DNA from: a virus
Reading direction: 5' to 3' (one strand)
Length of the DNA stretch: 64,000 bases
Virus record (IMG/VR): IMGVR_UViG_3300045988_182948
Shown: one piece after another, positions 9,407 to 18,894 of the stretch
How positions within the stretch are numbered: position 1 is the first letter of the stretch
How the letters are laid out: each line of letters opens with the position of its first letter
Notes under the pieces: generated by a model
What the model saw: the letters and a program-made list of their open reading frames with translations, nothing else
Databases searched by the model: none
What the model was told of the DNA's origin: nothing
Position numbers and translations under genes: made by a program

Positions 9407-9868
9407 ATGCATCATAAAAAAATAAATCTTATTATCTTCTCTTTTCTTGTTATTTGTTTTTTTTGTACTGGATGTACAAGTCGGCAACTAAAAGGAATAG
9501 AAGGAAAATGGTTGTTAAATAATCAGTCTCTTATGCTTATTGAGGAAAATACATTTGTTTGGTATCAAAACATTAATAAAACAGATACAGATTACTTAAA
9601 AGGAAAAGATGTAACCATTCTCTCTGGAGAAGAAGCACTTAATGCAATTAAGGTCCCTGATGCGAACAAAGATAAATTATTAAACACACACATTTATTAT
9701 TTAAGTGTCACTTATACAACAGTGGACATAAACGGTGTAGATGCTAGCCAACAAGCTGATGGAAAACTGAGTGAATTTGCCTTCCAGTTAAGTGGAAAAG
9801 ACCAATTATCTATTGTCAATTTAAATACAAATGAACAATACACTGCAAAAAGAGAGGTAAAAAAATGA
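9407..9868 (+). CDS. lipoprotein (signal peptide plus lipobox FFCTGC)
   Basis: N-terminal hydrophobic segment followed by the CTGC lipobox. Confidence 0.55.
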   Translation: MHHKKINLIIFSFLVICFFCTGCTSRQLKGIEGKWLLNNQSLMLIEENTFVWYQNINKTDTDYLKGKDVTILSGEEALNAIKVPDANKDKLLNTHIYYLSVTYTTVDINGVDASQQADGKLSEFAFQLSGKDQLSIVNLNTNEQYTAKREVKK

Positions 9869-10650
9869 GAATTTTTATAACTGGTGATACCCATGGTGAT
9901 TTTTCTTCTATACATACATTTTGTGAAAAGATGAACACAACAGTAAAAGATATTTTAATCATTGTTGGAGATTCAGGAATTAATTATAATGTCAATTCCT
10001 TTCATAATTCTCAATACAGTTATGAAGATACACAAGAGAACTTATGTTTTAAAAATTATCTGTCATATTTACCAATAACTCTATTCTGTATTCAAGGAAA
10101 TCACGAGGCTCCGGCTGAACTTGTAAAAGGATATCATCTAATACAGAATGTTCATCCACTTTTTAAAGAGCAATCTGTATTTTTACAAGATAATTATCCA
10201 AATATTCTTTTTGCAAACGAAGGTGAAGTCTATAATTTTTTAGGAAAAAGCGTTGCAATACTTGGTGGAGCTTATAGTGTTGATAAAAATTATAGAATTG
10301 CATTGAATAGAAACTGGTTCCCTGAAGAACAACCAGTAATAACTGGTAAAGATAAATTGTTTTTAAAAAATCTAGAAACTTATAACTGGAAAGTTGATAT
10401 TGTTCTTTCACACACTTGTCCATTTCACTATATGCCAACTGAAATGTTTTTAAGTGGAATTCAACAGGACCTCGTAGATAATACAACAGAGGAATTCCTT
10501 GAACATGTAGAAAAGAAATTAAATTATAAACAGTGGTATTGTGGACATTTTCACACAGATAAAACTGTAGATAAAATAAAGTTTCTCTTCCACAATATTA
10601 TTACTTTTATAGAAGATAACGAGGTACCCAATGACAAGACACAATACTAA
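9865..10650 (+). CDS. calcineurin-like metallophosphoesterase
   Basis: MRIFITGDTHGD, GDSG and GNHE motifs. The start overlaps the upstream stop (ATGA). Confidence 0.7.
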   Translation: MRIFITGDTHGDFSSIHTFCEKMNTTVKDILIIVGDSGINYNVNSFHNSQYSYEDTQENLCFKNYLSYLPITLFCIQGNHEAPAELVKGYHLIQNVHPLFKEQSVFLQDNYPNILFANEGEVYNFLGKSVAILGGAYSVDKNYRIALNRNWFPEEQPVITGKDKLFLKNLETYNWKVDIVLSHTCPFHYMPTEMFLSGIQQDLVDNTTEEFLEHVEKKLNYKQWYCGHFHTDKTVDKIKFLFHNIITFIEDNEVPNDKTQY

Positions 10651-11128
10651 AAAAAGACGAATACTTGATATTATTCCTATTATTATTTCGATTCTTCTGG
10701 TTATTGGAATTAATTTCTGTTTTCAACTGGTTTTAGTGAATGGTGATTCAATGAATCCAACATATCAGAACAATGACTTTTTAATCTCTTCAAAAATCGC
10801 CTATAAAAACCATTCTCCTCAAAAAGGAGATATCGTGATTGTAGATGGCAAGTCTAAAGATTTAGATATAGACATCATTAAACGAGTTGTAGCAACCCCA
10901 GGTGATACTGTAGAAATTAAAAAAGGCCAACTCATTATTAATGATAAAAAAGTAAAGGAAGACTACATAGATGAAACAATGAATAAGGATATGCATAAAA
11001 TGACTGTAAAGAAGAATACAGTGTTTATTATGGGAGACAACCGAAATCATAGTATAGATTCTCGGGTTTTTGGAAGTATTCCTATTCAGGATATCATGGG
11101 GAAAGTTATCTTTGATTTGAAATTTTAA
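10631..11128 (+). CDS. lepB: signal peptidase I (S26 family)
   Basis: GDSMNPTY catalytic Ser box, the Lys box and the GDNRNHSIDSR box, with an N-terminal TM anchor. Confidence 0.8.
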   Translation: MTRHNTKKRRILDIIPIIISILLVIGINFCFQLVLVNGDSMNPTYQNNDFLISSKIAYKNHSPQKGDIVIVDGKSKDLDIDIIKRVVATPGDTVEIKKGQLIINDKKVKEDYIDETMNKDMHKMTVKKNTVFIMGDNRNHSIDSRVFGSIPIQDIMGKVIFDLKF

Positions 11129-11130
11129 GA

Positions 11131-11156
11131 GGTATCAGAAGATACTTTTTATTTTA
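11131..11156 (+). terminator. rho-independent terminator after lepB
   Basis: Hairpin GTATCAGAAGATAC followed by TTTTTATTTTAT. Confidence 0.6.
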
Positions 11157-11186
11157 TATCCGCTGTTAACTTAGAGTTAATTTATA

Positions 11187-11215
11187 TTGACTAATACCTC
11201 TTCATATGATATAAT
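11187..11215 (+). promoter_or_regulatory. sigma-A consensus promoter (TTGACT-17-TATAAT) upstream of the ftsH-like gene
   Basis: Perfect -35 and -10 hexamers with a 17-nt spacer, 36 nt upstream of the ATG at 11252. Confidence 0.65.
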
Positions 11216-11251
11216 ATCACTGTAAAATTTACATAAGTGGAGTGATATTTT

Positions 11252-12892
11252 ATGAAAAAGAAAAAAGAATCGATGAAAAAAAACTCAATTATCCCATTTC
11301 TCTATGGGCTCGTTTTCATTGCTATTTATATATATTTAAGATATACAGCAGTTACTGATGGCACTCTTATTGCTTTTCTTCTTGTAGGCTTAATTAGCTT
11401 AGCTATCATCACATATAATCAGCTCAGAACAAATGAAATGGCTCATAGAAATGAAATTCTTACAAATGAAGCTGTTCAGTTAACCCAAACAGCTATGCAT
11501 TCTCACCCCAGCAATAGGAATGCATCTATGAAGTCAGATACTGAAAATTCTACACCTACTCTATTTAAAGTCTACTCACCAGACAATATGAAAACAAGGA
11601 TGAGTGATGTGGCTGGATGTAGTGAGGTCAAAGAAGACCTTATGGAAGTTATTGATTTCCTTAAAAATCCTCAAAAATATAATGAAATGGGTGCACACAT
11701 ACCTCATGGAATTCTATTTATGGGGCCTCCTGGCACAGGAAAAACAATGCTTGCAAGAGCTGTTGCTGGTGAAGCTAATGTCAAGTATATTTATTGTTCT
11801 GGCTCAGAATTTGTAGAAAAGTTTTCTGGGGTTGGGGCTGCTCGTGTCCGCGAATTATTTGAAGAAGCTAAAAAAGCACAGGGTCCTTGTATTATCTTTA
11901 TTGATGAAATTGATGCTATTGGTGGAGCTCGTAATCTTTCTGGAAATGACGCAGAAAAAGACAAAACCTTAAATCAGTTACTAGTTGAAATGGATGGATT
12001 TGAGAAATCAAATGATATCATTGTGATTGCTGCAACAAATCGTAAGGATATGCTAGATGAAGCCCTACTGCGTCCTGGGCGTTTTGATAGACAGATTCTT
12101 GTCGGATTGCCCACAAAAGAGGAACGATTAGAAATCCTAAAAGTACATTCCAAAAACAAGAAGGTCTCTTTGGATTTGGACTTGGAAAGTATTTCAAGAA
12201 AGACTCCAGGATTTTCGGGAGCTCAGCTTGCTGCAGTCCTTAACGAGAGTGCTCTGTTCGCTGTAAGAGAAAATAAATCATTCATTACAAATGATTTCGT
12301 GGATGAAGCAATTGATAGGGTTCTTATGGGTCCATCAAAAAAGAACAGAAAATATATTGATATAGAAAGAAACATCGTTGCTTATCATGAAGCTGGTCAT
12401 GCTGTTGTAGGATTGACTTTGGAAAATGCTATGCAGGTTGAAAAAATCACAATCATCCCTCGAGGTGATGCTGGTGGGTATAACTTGTTTTCTGAAAAAG
12501 AAGAGCGTTTTCTTAATACAAAAAACAGTATTCTTGCTGAAATTACTGGACTTCTTGCAGGACGTGCTGCTGAAGATTTAATGTTTAATGACATTACAAA
12601 TGGAGCAACAAGTGATTTGAAACAAGCAACAAACCTAGCTAGGCGATATATCTGCCAATATGGGATGAGTCAATTGGGTCTTGTGCAAATGGATGATGTT
12701 CGAAATCTTTCACCTCGAACATCTGAAAAGGTTGATATTGAAATCAAATCAATTCTTGATGAATGCTATTTAAAGAGTAAAGATTTATTAACTATGCATA
12801 AAAACCTTTTAGATGCCATTGCCTTGGAACTTTTGGATAAAGAAACAATTGATTCAACTCAAATTCAGAAATTGGCATGCCAGTATTGCTAG
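11252..12892 (+). CDS. ftsH: FtsH-like ATP-dependent zinc metalloprotease (short form, minimal periplasmic loop)
   Basis: Two N-terminal TM helices, Walker A GPPGTGKT, Walker B IIFIDEID, the SRH region and the HEAGHAV zinc-binding motif. At 546 aa it is shorter than canonical FtsH. Confidence 0.8.
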   Translation: MKKKKESMKKNSIIPFLYGLVFIAIYIYLRYTAVTDGTLIAFLLVGLISLAIITYNQLRTNEMAHRNEILTNEAVQLTQTAMHSHPSNRNASMKSDTENSTPTLFKVYSPDNMKTRMSDVAGCSEVKEDLMEVIDFLKNPQKYNEMGAHIPHGILFMGPPGTGKTMLARAVAGEANVKYIYCSGSEFVEKFSGVGAARVRELFEEAKKAQGPCIIFIDEIDAIGGARNLSGNDAEKDKTLNQLLVEMDGFEKSNDIIVIAATNRKDMLDEALLRPGRFDRQILVGLPTKEERLEILKVHSKNKKVSLDLDLESISRKTPGFSGAQLAAVLNESALFAVRENKSFITNDFVDEAIDRVLMGPSKKNRKYIDIERNIVAYHEAGHAVVGLTLENAMQVEKITIIPRGDAGGYNLFSEKEERFLNTKNSILAEITGLLAGRAAEDLMFNDITNGATSDLKQATNLARRYICQYGMSQLGLVQMDDVRNLSPRTSEKVDIEIKSILDECYLKSKDLLTMHKNLLDAIALELLDKETIDSTQIQKLACQYC

Positions 12893-13065
12893 AAACCTAA
12901 TGTGACTTAGTGAAGCCTCTACAAACTATGTTTTGGCTTCTTTTTCATAAATATTTGCATTCTTCAACAAACTTTAGATTATAGAATAGAAATATAGAAA
13001 AATTTCCTAGTGATTTTATGTATGAGTTATCACTTGAAGAAATAGATTAAATAAAAATTATCAAG

Positions 13066-13080
13066 GTCACAAATTGTGAC
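13066..13080. promoter_or_regulatory. 7-1-7 palindrome GTCACAA-A-TTGTGAC, candidate operator upstream of the prepilin peptidase gene
   Basis: Seen directly in the sequence. Confidence 0.35.
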
Positions 13081-13265
13081 TTCACCAAATCACTTTCCAC
13101 AAGACAAAATTCCTTTTTTATCAATAGCATAATATAATTTCTACTCTATGATATAATATATATATATTTTCTAATCGAGGTATATATTCTATGAATATAG
13201 AATAAAAACATAAACAAGGTTATAGTGGTTTGCTATAGCCTCTTATTATAATTGGAGGTGGTTCA

Positions 13266-13733
13266 ATGCCCTATTTAGATATCGCTTTTACATTTGTTCT
13301 CTTAAGTATCTGTGCCTACACTGATACAAAGTTCAGAAAAATATATAACTGGATGACTCTTCCCTTCATAGCTATTGGTATTCTTAATACACTCCTGCTC
13401 TATGGACCTAAAGAGGGATTCATGAATTGTCTTTGGCTAATTCCTGCCCTTATTCTTTGTATTATCCTATTTAAACTGCATCAGATTGGTGGAGGTGATG
13501 CAAAGCTTATTTTAAGTGTTGGGGCTCTTATGGGTCTGGAATACACTCTTATTATCCTTCTTATTTCCTTTATATTAGGCTGGTTCTATTCAATATATCA
13601 GCTTCTTAAAAAAAGAAATAATAAAAAAGGAGTCTTAAAGGGACATCAGCAGATTATGATTCCTCTTGGAAGTATTATGCTGGTGGCTTTTGGGATTGTT
13701 GGGGGATTACAGGTATATTTGTTGTATTTATAA
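13266..13733 (+). CDS. A24-family prepilin peptidase (CpaA/TadV-like short form)
   Basis: Polytopic membrane protein with D...D catalytic positions and a GGGDAKL motif. Confidence 0.6.
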   Translation: MPYLDIAFTFVLLSICAYTDTKFRKIYNWMTLPFIAIGILNTLLLYGPKEGFMNCLWLIPALILCIILFKLHQIGGGDAKLILSVGALMGLEYTLIILLISFILGWFYSIYQLLKKRNNKKGVLKGHQQIMIPLGSIMLVAFGIVGGLQVYLLYL

Positions 13734-14034
13734 AACCTAAAGAAGAAGTTTTTTACTTCTTCCTTTGTATACTTTTCTTATTTCAAATAACACAAACACA
13801 AAAGTATCGCCTCCTGGAATGGCATGTTTTTCGTTGCTAAAGATGAAACTAGGGTTGCAACAGTTATTTCAAGAACATCTATCAAAAACGACACTCTCAA
13901 CCATATCATGAAATTTTATCACCTCCGCATAGAAACAATTCATTTATTTAGAATCTGAATGATTTCTATGCGGTTTTATTTTCATTTTTTTGACTATATG
14001 ATTCAACTATTGCTTGAGTTTACACCTAATTCGC

Positions 14035-14289
14035 GACAAAATAAAACTACGCAGAAGCCTCCTTTATTCCCTATTTTTTTATAATCTAGATAGACTATAA
14101 AATAAAGGAGAAAACAAGTATTACTCTGCGTAGAGGTGAATTTGCCTTTGGCTTGCAGGATAAAACCTGCCCTAAAAAAATGCTTGCCAAGTATCCTATT
14201 CATCGTTTTTGTAGATGGGACTATTAACGTTGTCTCAGAATTTTGGGGACATGAGCCATAAAAAGCAAGGGAGCAAAGGCTCCCTTTTT
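14035..14289 (+). ncRNA. repeated structured non-coding element, copy 1 (candidate sRNA with an intrinsic terminator)
   Basis: A conserved core is shared with 27196-27461. It has a P1 stem CTACGCAGA / TCTGCGTAG, an internal GCAGG / CCTGC stem, and a terminal hairpin GGGAGCAAAGGCTCCC plus a T-run. A possible TTTACA-17-TAAAAC promoter lies at 14021-14049. Confidence 0.5.
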
Positions 14290-14410
14290 CCTTGGCTTAA
14301 TTATATTATATAATGTTTTTGTTTTTTATTTATTTTTGATTGTGATTTGAAATTATCTATCTTGTAGCTTAAACTCAAGATAATAAAAAAGAGAACCCTC
14401 TCAGATTCCC

Positions 14411-15256
14411 TCAATTAACATTTACAAACTCGTTAAATACTTTTATCCCCTCTTCATTTCCTAGATGATTTTTCAAACAGTCAAGCAGGTCCATTTTACT
14501 TTGATAAGCTTCAACTACATAATCACTAATAGATAATTTTTCTGCCTTTTCTTTTAACTTCCGACTTGGATACAGTCTTTTATTATTTGAATAATTTTCG
14601 AAACATTTTAGTGCCTTTTTATATTCCTTCAACTTATTTATTTGTTTTCCGTTTATTAAAAATTGAAATTCTCTATTAAATATATCCCATTTCAAATTCA
14701 ATATATCATTACGAATCTCTTCATGTCTAAGTAATATTAACTTATCATAGTTAAGCTGACCTAGTAATTGGCATAGCTCATTCTCATTTCTTATATACAC
14801 TAGCATGTCCAAATCTATAAATTTTTCCAATCTCTTTATTAAGAGTGGTTCTTTTTGATAATCAGTAAGTATTTGACTAATTGATACATTAGGTATGCAG
14901 TCAATGTTGATGCTATAATCACCTTTTAATATGTTTATGGCGTCACCATATCCTTTATCTTTTGATACAATATAATACTCTTTGTTTTCTTTATATTTTA
15001 AAACCATCTTTGTTAGCTCAACAACAATACAAAAATCTAGTGAGTTCTTCTTTTGTTTACTGGCTGTATGTGTATAAAGCCCTATATTTCTATGATTCAT
15101 CAATGTATTCACACTATTAAAATCTATTTTTGCATTATTATTGCAAAAATAATAATAGTACGCATTTTTATCAATTGGAAAAGGCAATTCAAAACCTACA
15201 TTTTCACAATCAATAAAATAAACTTTCTTATATTTCTTGAATTTATTATTAAACAT
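14411..15256 (-). CDS. NYN/LabA-like (PIN-fold) domain protein
   Basis: The N-terminal KKVYFIDCENVG and IVSKDKGYGDAINIL resemble NYN-domain signatures. Confidence 0.4.
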   Translation of the reverse strand: MFNNKFKKYKKVYFIDCENVGFELPFPIDKNAYYYYFCNNNAKIDFNSVNTLMNHRNIGLYTHTASKQKKNSLDFCIVVELTKMVLKYKENKEYYIVSKDKGYGDAINILKGDYSINIDCIPNVSISQILTDYQKEPLLIKRLEKFIDLDMLVYIRNENELCQLLGQLNYDKLILLRHEEIRNDILNLKWDIFNREFQFLINGKQINKLKEYKKALKCFENYSNNKRLYPSRKLKEKAEKLSISDYVVEAYQSKMDLLDCLKNHLGNEEGIKVFNEFVNVN

Positions 15257-15283
15257 TTCTTATAATCCTTTCTTCTTATCTTT

Positions 15284-15580
15284 TTAATGCCAATTATCCG
15301 GCCAACCTACTGCCTGTCCACATCTATGGCAATGAGCATACCCAAACTCTTTAGATAAATCAGCTCCACATTTTGGGCAAAATGCTTTATCACCATCTGT
15401 GATGACTTGCTTATATTTGAATTGTCTATCAATGACTGATAGTATATAATCACACATACTTCTACCAAGCATGGATGATTCACCTAGAGTATGGAACAAT
15501 TTTTCTTCTAATTCTTCTCTTTCATATTTTATCATATTTTTCCTCCTACTCATTAATTTGAGTTTCTTTTGTTCCACCAA
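15284..15580 (-). CDS. zinc-ribbon protein
   Basis: CPKCGADL...CHRCGQ, i.e. two CxxC pairs. Confidence 0.4.
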   Translation of the reverse strand: MVEQKKLKLMSRRKNMIKYEREELEEKLFHTLGESSMLGRSMCDYILSVIDRQFKYKQVITDGDKAFCPKCGADLSKEFGYAHCHRCGQAVGWPDNWH

Positions 15581-15755
15581 ATTCAGTTGTAGAATAATTG
15601 CTGCACCCAGTTAAAGAAGAAACACATATTAACAACATTGCTACAATAAGTATATTTTTTTTAATCATTTCACTTTCTCCTATTCTTGTATTTTCATCAA
15701 CAATATAAATAAAAATTGTTTTCAATTATTATATTTTTATTGGTAAGTCTTTTTT

Positions 15756-15941
15756 TTAAAAATCAGTTGAACCAGTCCAAACTTCATTCTTTAAATTATC
15801 ATCTTCATGAGTACCCCTATGAAAACCAAAGAATATTGTTTCTTGTTTTTTATTTAACGCATCTGTAACTAAAGTTGGATTTTGAAAACAAAATTCATCT
15901 TCACTTTTTAAATCATGAAATTCTTCCATACTATCCTCCAT
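15756..15941 (-). CDS. small hypothetical protein
   Basis: 61-aa ORF. Confidence 0.25.
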   Translation of the reverse strand: MEDSMEEFHDLKSEDEFCFQNPTLVTDALNKKQETIFFGFHRGTHEDDNLKNEVWTGSTDF

Positions 15942-15967
15942 ATAAATACAAGGCTAATATTTTCCTC

Positions 15968-16528
15968 TTATATCTTATTCATATTCTCTAATCTTTTTTG
16001 CAACAGCATAGCAGTATTAATAGCATCATAAGAAGCATGATGTTCAGTCCCCTTAAACTCTCCAAATTCCTTTTCAACAATCTGCATAAGTGATGGCAAC
16101 TGCTGAAAGTTTTCCTGTTCCATGATATAGGATTGAAGGTCAATAAACGTCATCTCATTAAATTCCTTCTCGAATCCATTATCCTTACAGTTCACTCTTA
16201 AAACTGCTGAATCTCTAGGCCCCCATGATACATATAAAGTCTCTAAATTATCCTTATGAATCCATTTCAGGAATTCTTTAAAAACTTCACTAAAATTTAT
16301 TGATGATAGTATTTCATCTCTTGAAACTCCTGTTAAGGACAAGATAGAATTGGAAGGAATGTTATGAGGTTTAATGATTCTTCTGAATTTATCTCCTTCA
16401 ATAATTCTTTCTCCATATCTTGTTGTATATATTTTCTTAGCTGCTAATTCAAATATTTCTGTCTTATTCCTTTCTTTTGAAAATTCTAAATCAATAACGA
16501 TATATTGCCCAGCATAATCATAATTCAT
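15968..16528 (-). CDS. DEDDh 3'-5' exonuclease (DnaQ/epsilon-like)
   Basis: Exo I (YIVIDLEFS), Exo II and Exo III (HHASYDAINTAML) motifs. Confidence 0.7.
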   Translation of the reverse strand: MNYDYAGQYIVIDLEFSKERNKTEIFELAAKKIYTTRYGERIIEGDKFRRIIKPHNIPSNSILSLTGVSRDEILSSINFSEVFKEFLKWIHKDNLETLYVSWGPRDSAVLRVNCKDNGFEKEFNEMTFIDLQSYIMEQENFQQLPSLMQIVEKEFGEFKGTEHHASYDAINTAMLLQKRLENMNKI

Positions 16529-16668
16529 TAATGGTTTTCTCTCCTTTCATTCTCCAAATAAAAAGAATCTACAATTGCTATGTAGATTCTTTTGTTTCGT
16601 ATATATTACCCTTATATTTTACCACATATCAAAGGATATGTACTATGTTCATTTGAATCTCAATCAAT

Positions 16669-18855
16669 TTATAATCTTAGCATTTTTTTAAACACCTTAA
16701 ACATTTCATTTGGCAAATTCTGCGGATTCTTAACACATACAGAGTTTTCATAAATTTGTCTAATTGAATCAAAATCAAAATTACCTAAACCAATGCCAAC
16801 TGAATGGACTTGATAATGTTTTTTAAAAGTATTCATGATTTTCTGCATATCCTCTATTGCAGAAGCTCCACCATATTGTGCTGCTGCAGGTTCGCCATCT
16901 GAAAGTATAAAGAAATAAAGGTCTTCATCAGGTTGAGATGATTTTACCAACTCCCTTAAAGAATGAAATATAGCCAACCCATCTCGGTTATTTTCATGAG
17001 CCTTAATATGAAAGAGGTTATCGAGAGCCTGAAGTTTTCGACAGTTTTGGAAAGATATATATTTCCTTATTCTAACGTCTAAAGAAAAATCTTCATCATG
17101 TCCATATACAGCAAATGGGATTTTCAGCTTTTGAGCAGCCTTTGCTACCATCCAGCAGCCAACGATTGCATTTTCTATTTTAGAACCTCTCATACTTCCT
17201 GATTCATCTACTAAAATGATGAATCGGACTTTTTTCTTCTCTCCAGACGTTTCCTTCTTAAAAACCTGCAAATCAGTTTTTATTCTATAAAGTCCACTCA
17301 TATCAATGTTTCCTTCAAATCTGCCCTTTGATACATCATCCTGGCTTCTGTGCATAAGTATCTTTTTCATTTTTTTAGATAATTCATTCACAGATGATGA
17401 TAATTCATCTTTCTTTATCATTTTTAATGCTTCTTTTCCCTCTGATGTATATTCTTCTTTCATAGAAAGAGAATCCTCCAAATCAATCATAGATACAGAA
17501 ACGCTATGATGACACGCTGTCTCGCCTGCTCTTTCATCTTCATCAGATGTAATAGAGGCTTTCTCTGCTCTATCTTCAGTCTTCTCGAAAGTTTTTGATG
17601 CTCCATCTAAAGCTTCACTCATTGAATTGATGGCTTCATCTTCTAATTCCTTTGCTGTTGGTTTTGTTCTTTCTGGAGCAGCTGATTCATCTGACTTTGA
17701 ATCAGCTTCATCTTTCAGACTCTCTTTACCAAGTTCTTTTGCAGATTCTTCCATTTCCTTTTTTAAATCCTCAGGCAATCCTAAATCATATTTGCTTGGA
17801 GCAGAAGATTTCATTTTAGCGCCACCTCTCGCAGTGCCTCCTCCGCCCATGCTTTTCACTACTTCTGAATCAACTGAACCTGTACTTTTACTATGACTTT
17901 CTGCCTCTTTTGCCATTTTTTCCATCATCTCTTTGGCATGGTCAATATTATAAAGGTACTCATTTGTAAGATTATCTGCTATTTTGTCAAGTAGTGGCTG
18001 ACAAAGATTCAGTAATGCTTTGGCAGTTGCTGCTCTTTCATAGGTTGTTGGTGCTTCAAATCTTGCATATAAAGCAAGATTCTTAATCTTTTCAATATCA
18101 TCATCTTCAAACAATGCATTCAATACCTGTATATCAATATGTTTTCGATATCCAACATGTCCAAAAGCCTGTGCTTCAAAAAGCACAGCTCTTAGAGTAT
18201 TGTCATCCCAATTATCCATGTCAAGGCATACATAACCTGATTCAATGGCCTGTCTGAAAAGTTCTTTCTGCTTATCATGTCCTATATTCCTTAAAAATGT
18301 TAGGCATCCATTTTCTTCCCTTCCTTTTTCACACATACATCTATCTACAGATAAGTCTTCATATATGTTATTGACCTCTGGCATATTAACTTTAAAAACA
18401 AAGTCTCCTACCTTTTCTCTGACAAGAGGAATTAAATCTGCCTTATCTTCTTCCTTGGCAGAATGATAATCATTTGCTGCTTTTTCTACTTCTTTTTTAG
18501 CATCACAAAGGTCTTGGTGAAGCTGACCTATTATATTAAAGTCTGAATAAAGCAAATGCCCAGACTCATGGTAGATGAGAGCTTTTGCAATGATATGATA
18601 ATGAGATGTATCAAAGGCTTTATCTTCATAAGTCCACAAATCTATATTCATAATAGGATTGCCATCTTTATCAAAACTTGTAAAACTGCTCCCAACCTTA
18701 TCCATATAAAAGTTTAAGTTCATTCTTTTGGAAACTATCTGAGCCAAACTCTTGAAAGAAGCTTTGTACCCCTTGCTGGAAAGTAATTCTATCCCTGTTA
18801 AAATTCTTTTTTTACTTTTCTTTCCCAATAGTGATTTCTTTGTTGGTTTCTTCAT
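16669..18855 (-). CDS. vWA-domain protein (CobT/CbbO/NorD-like partner of a MoxR-type ATPase) with an N-terminal HExxH motif
   Basis: C-terminal vWA with MIDAS (ILVDESGSM...SDGEP). HESGH at about residue 97. A long acidic/Ser-rich linker. Confidence 0.6.
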   Translation of the reverse strand: MKKPTKKSLLGKKSKKRILTGIELLSSKGYKASFKSLAQIVSKRMNLNFYMDKVGSSFTSFDKDGNPIMNIDLWTYEDKAFDTSHYHIIAKALIYHESGHLLYSDFNIIGQLHQDLCDAKKEVEKAANDYHSAKEEDKADLIPLVREKVGDFVFKVNMPEVNNIYEDLSVDRCMCEKGREENGCLTFLRNIGHDKQKELFRQAIESGYVCLDMDNWDDNTLRAVLFEAQAFGHVGYRKHIDIQVLNALFEDDDIEKIKNLALYARFEAPTTYERAATAKALLNLCQPLLDKIADNLTNEYLYNIDHAKEMMEKMAKEAESHSKSTGSVDSEVVKSMGGGGTARGGAKMKSSAPSKYDLGLPEDLKKEMEESAKELGKESLKDEADSKSDESAAPERTKPTAKELEDEAINSMSEALDGASKTFEKTEDRAEKASITSDEDERAGETACHHSVSVSMIDLEDSLSMKEEYTSEGKEALKMIKKDELSSSVNELSKKMKKILMHRSQDDVSKGRFEGNIDMSGLYRIKTDLQVFKKETSGEKKKVRFIILVDESGSMRGSKIENAIVGCWMVAKAAQKLKIPFAVYGHDEDFSLDVRIRKYISFQNCRKLQALDNLFHIKAHENNRDGLAIFHSLRELVKSSQPDEDLYFFILSDGEPAAAQYGGASAIEDMQKIMNTFKKHYQVHSVGIGLGNFDFDSIRQIYENSVCVKNPQNLPNEMFKVFKKMLRL

Positions 18856-18894
18856 AATTTCTCCTTTATATTGAAAGGGATGAAAAAATCATCC

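Noticed and set aside
14003-14203. ORFs overlapping the repeated RNA element (14003-14203 minus; 27176-27400 and 27240-27437 plus)
   Set aside because: The two element copies differ by indels that destroy these frames. No RBS is present, and the conserved features are RNA stems and a terminator, so a non-coding role is more likely than a conserved peptide.
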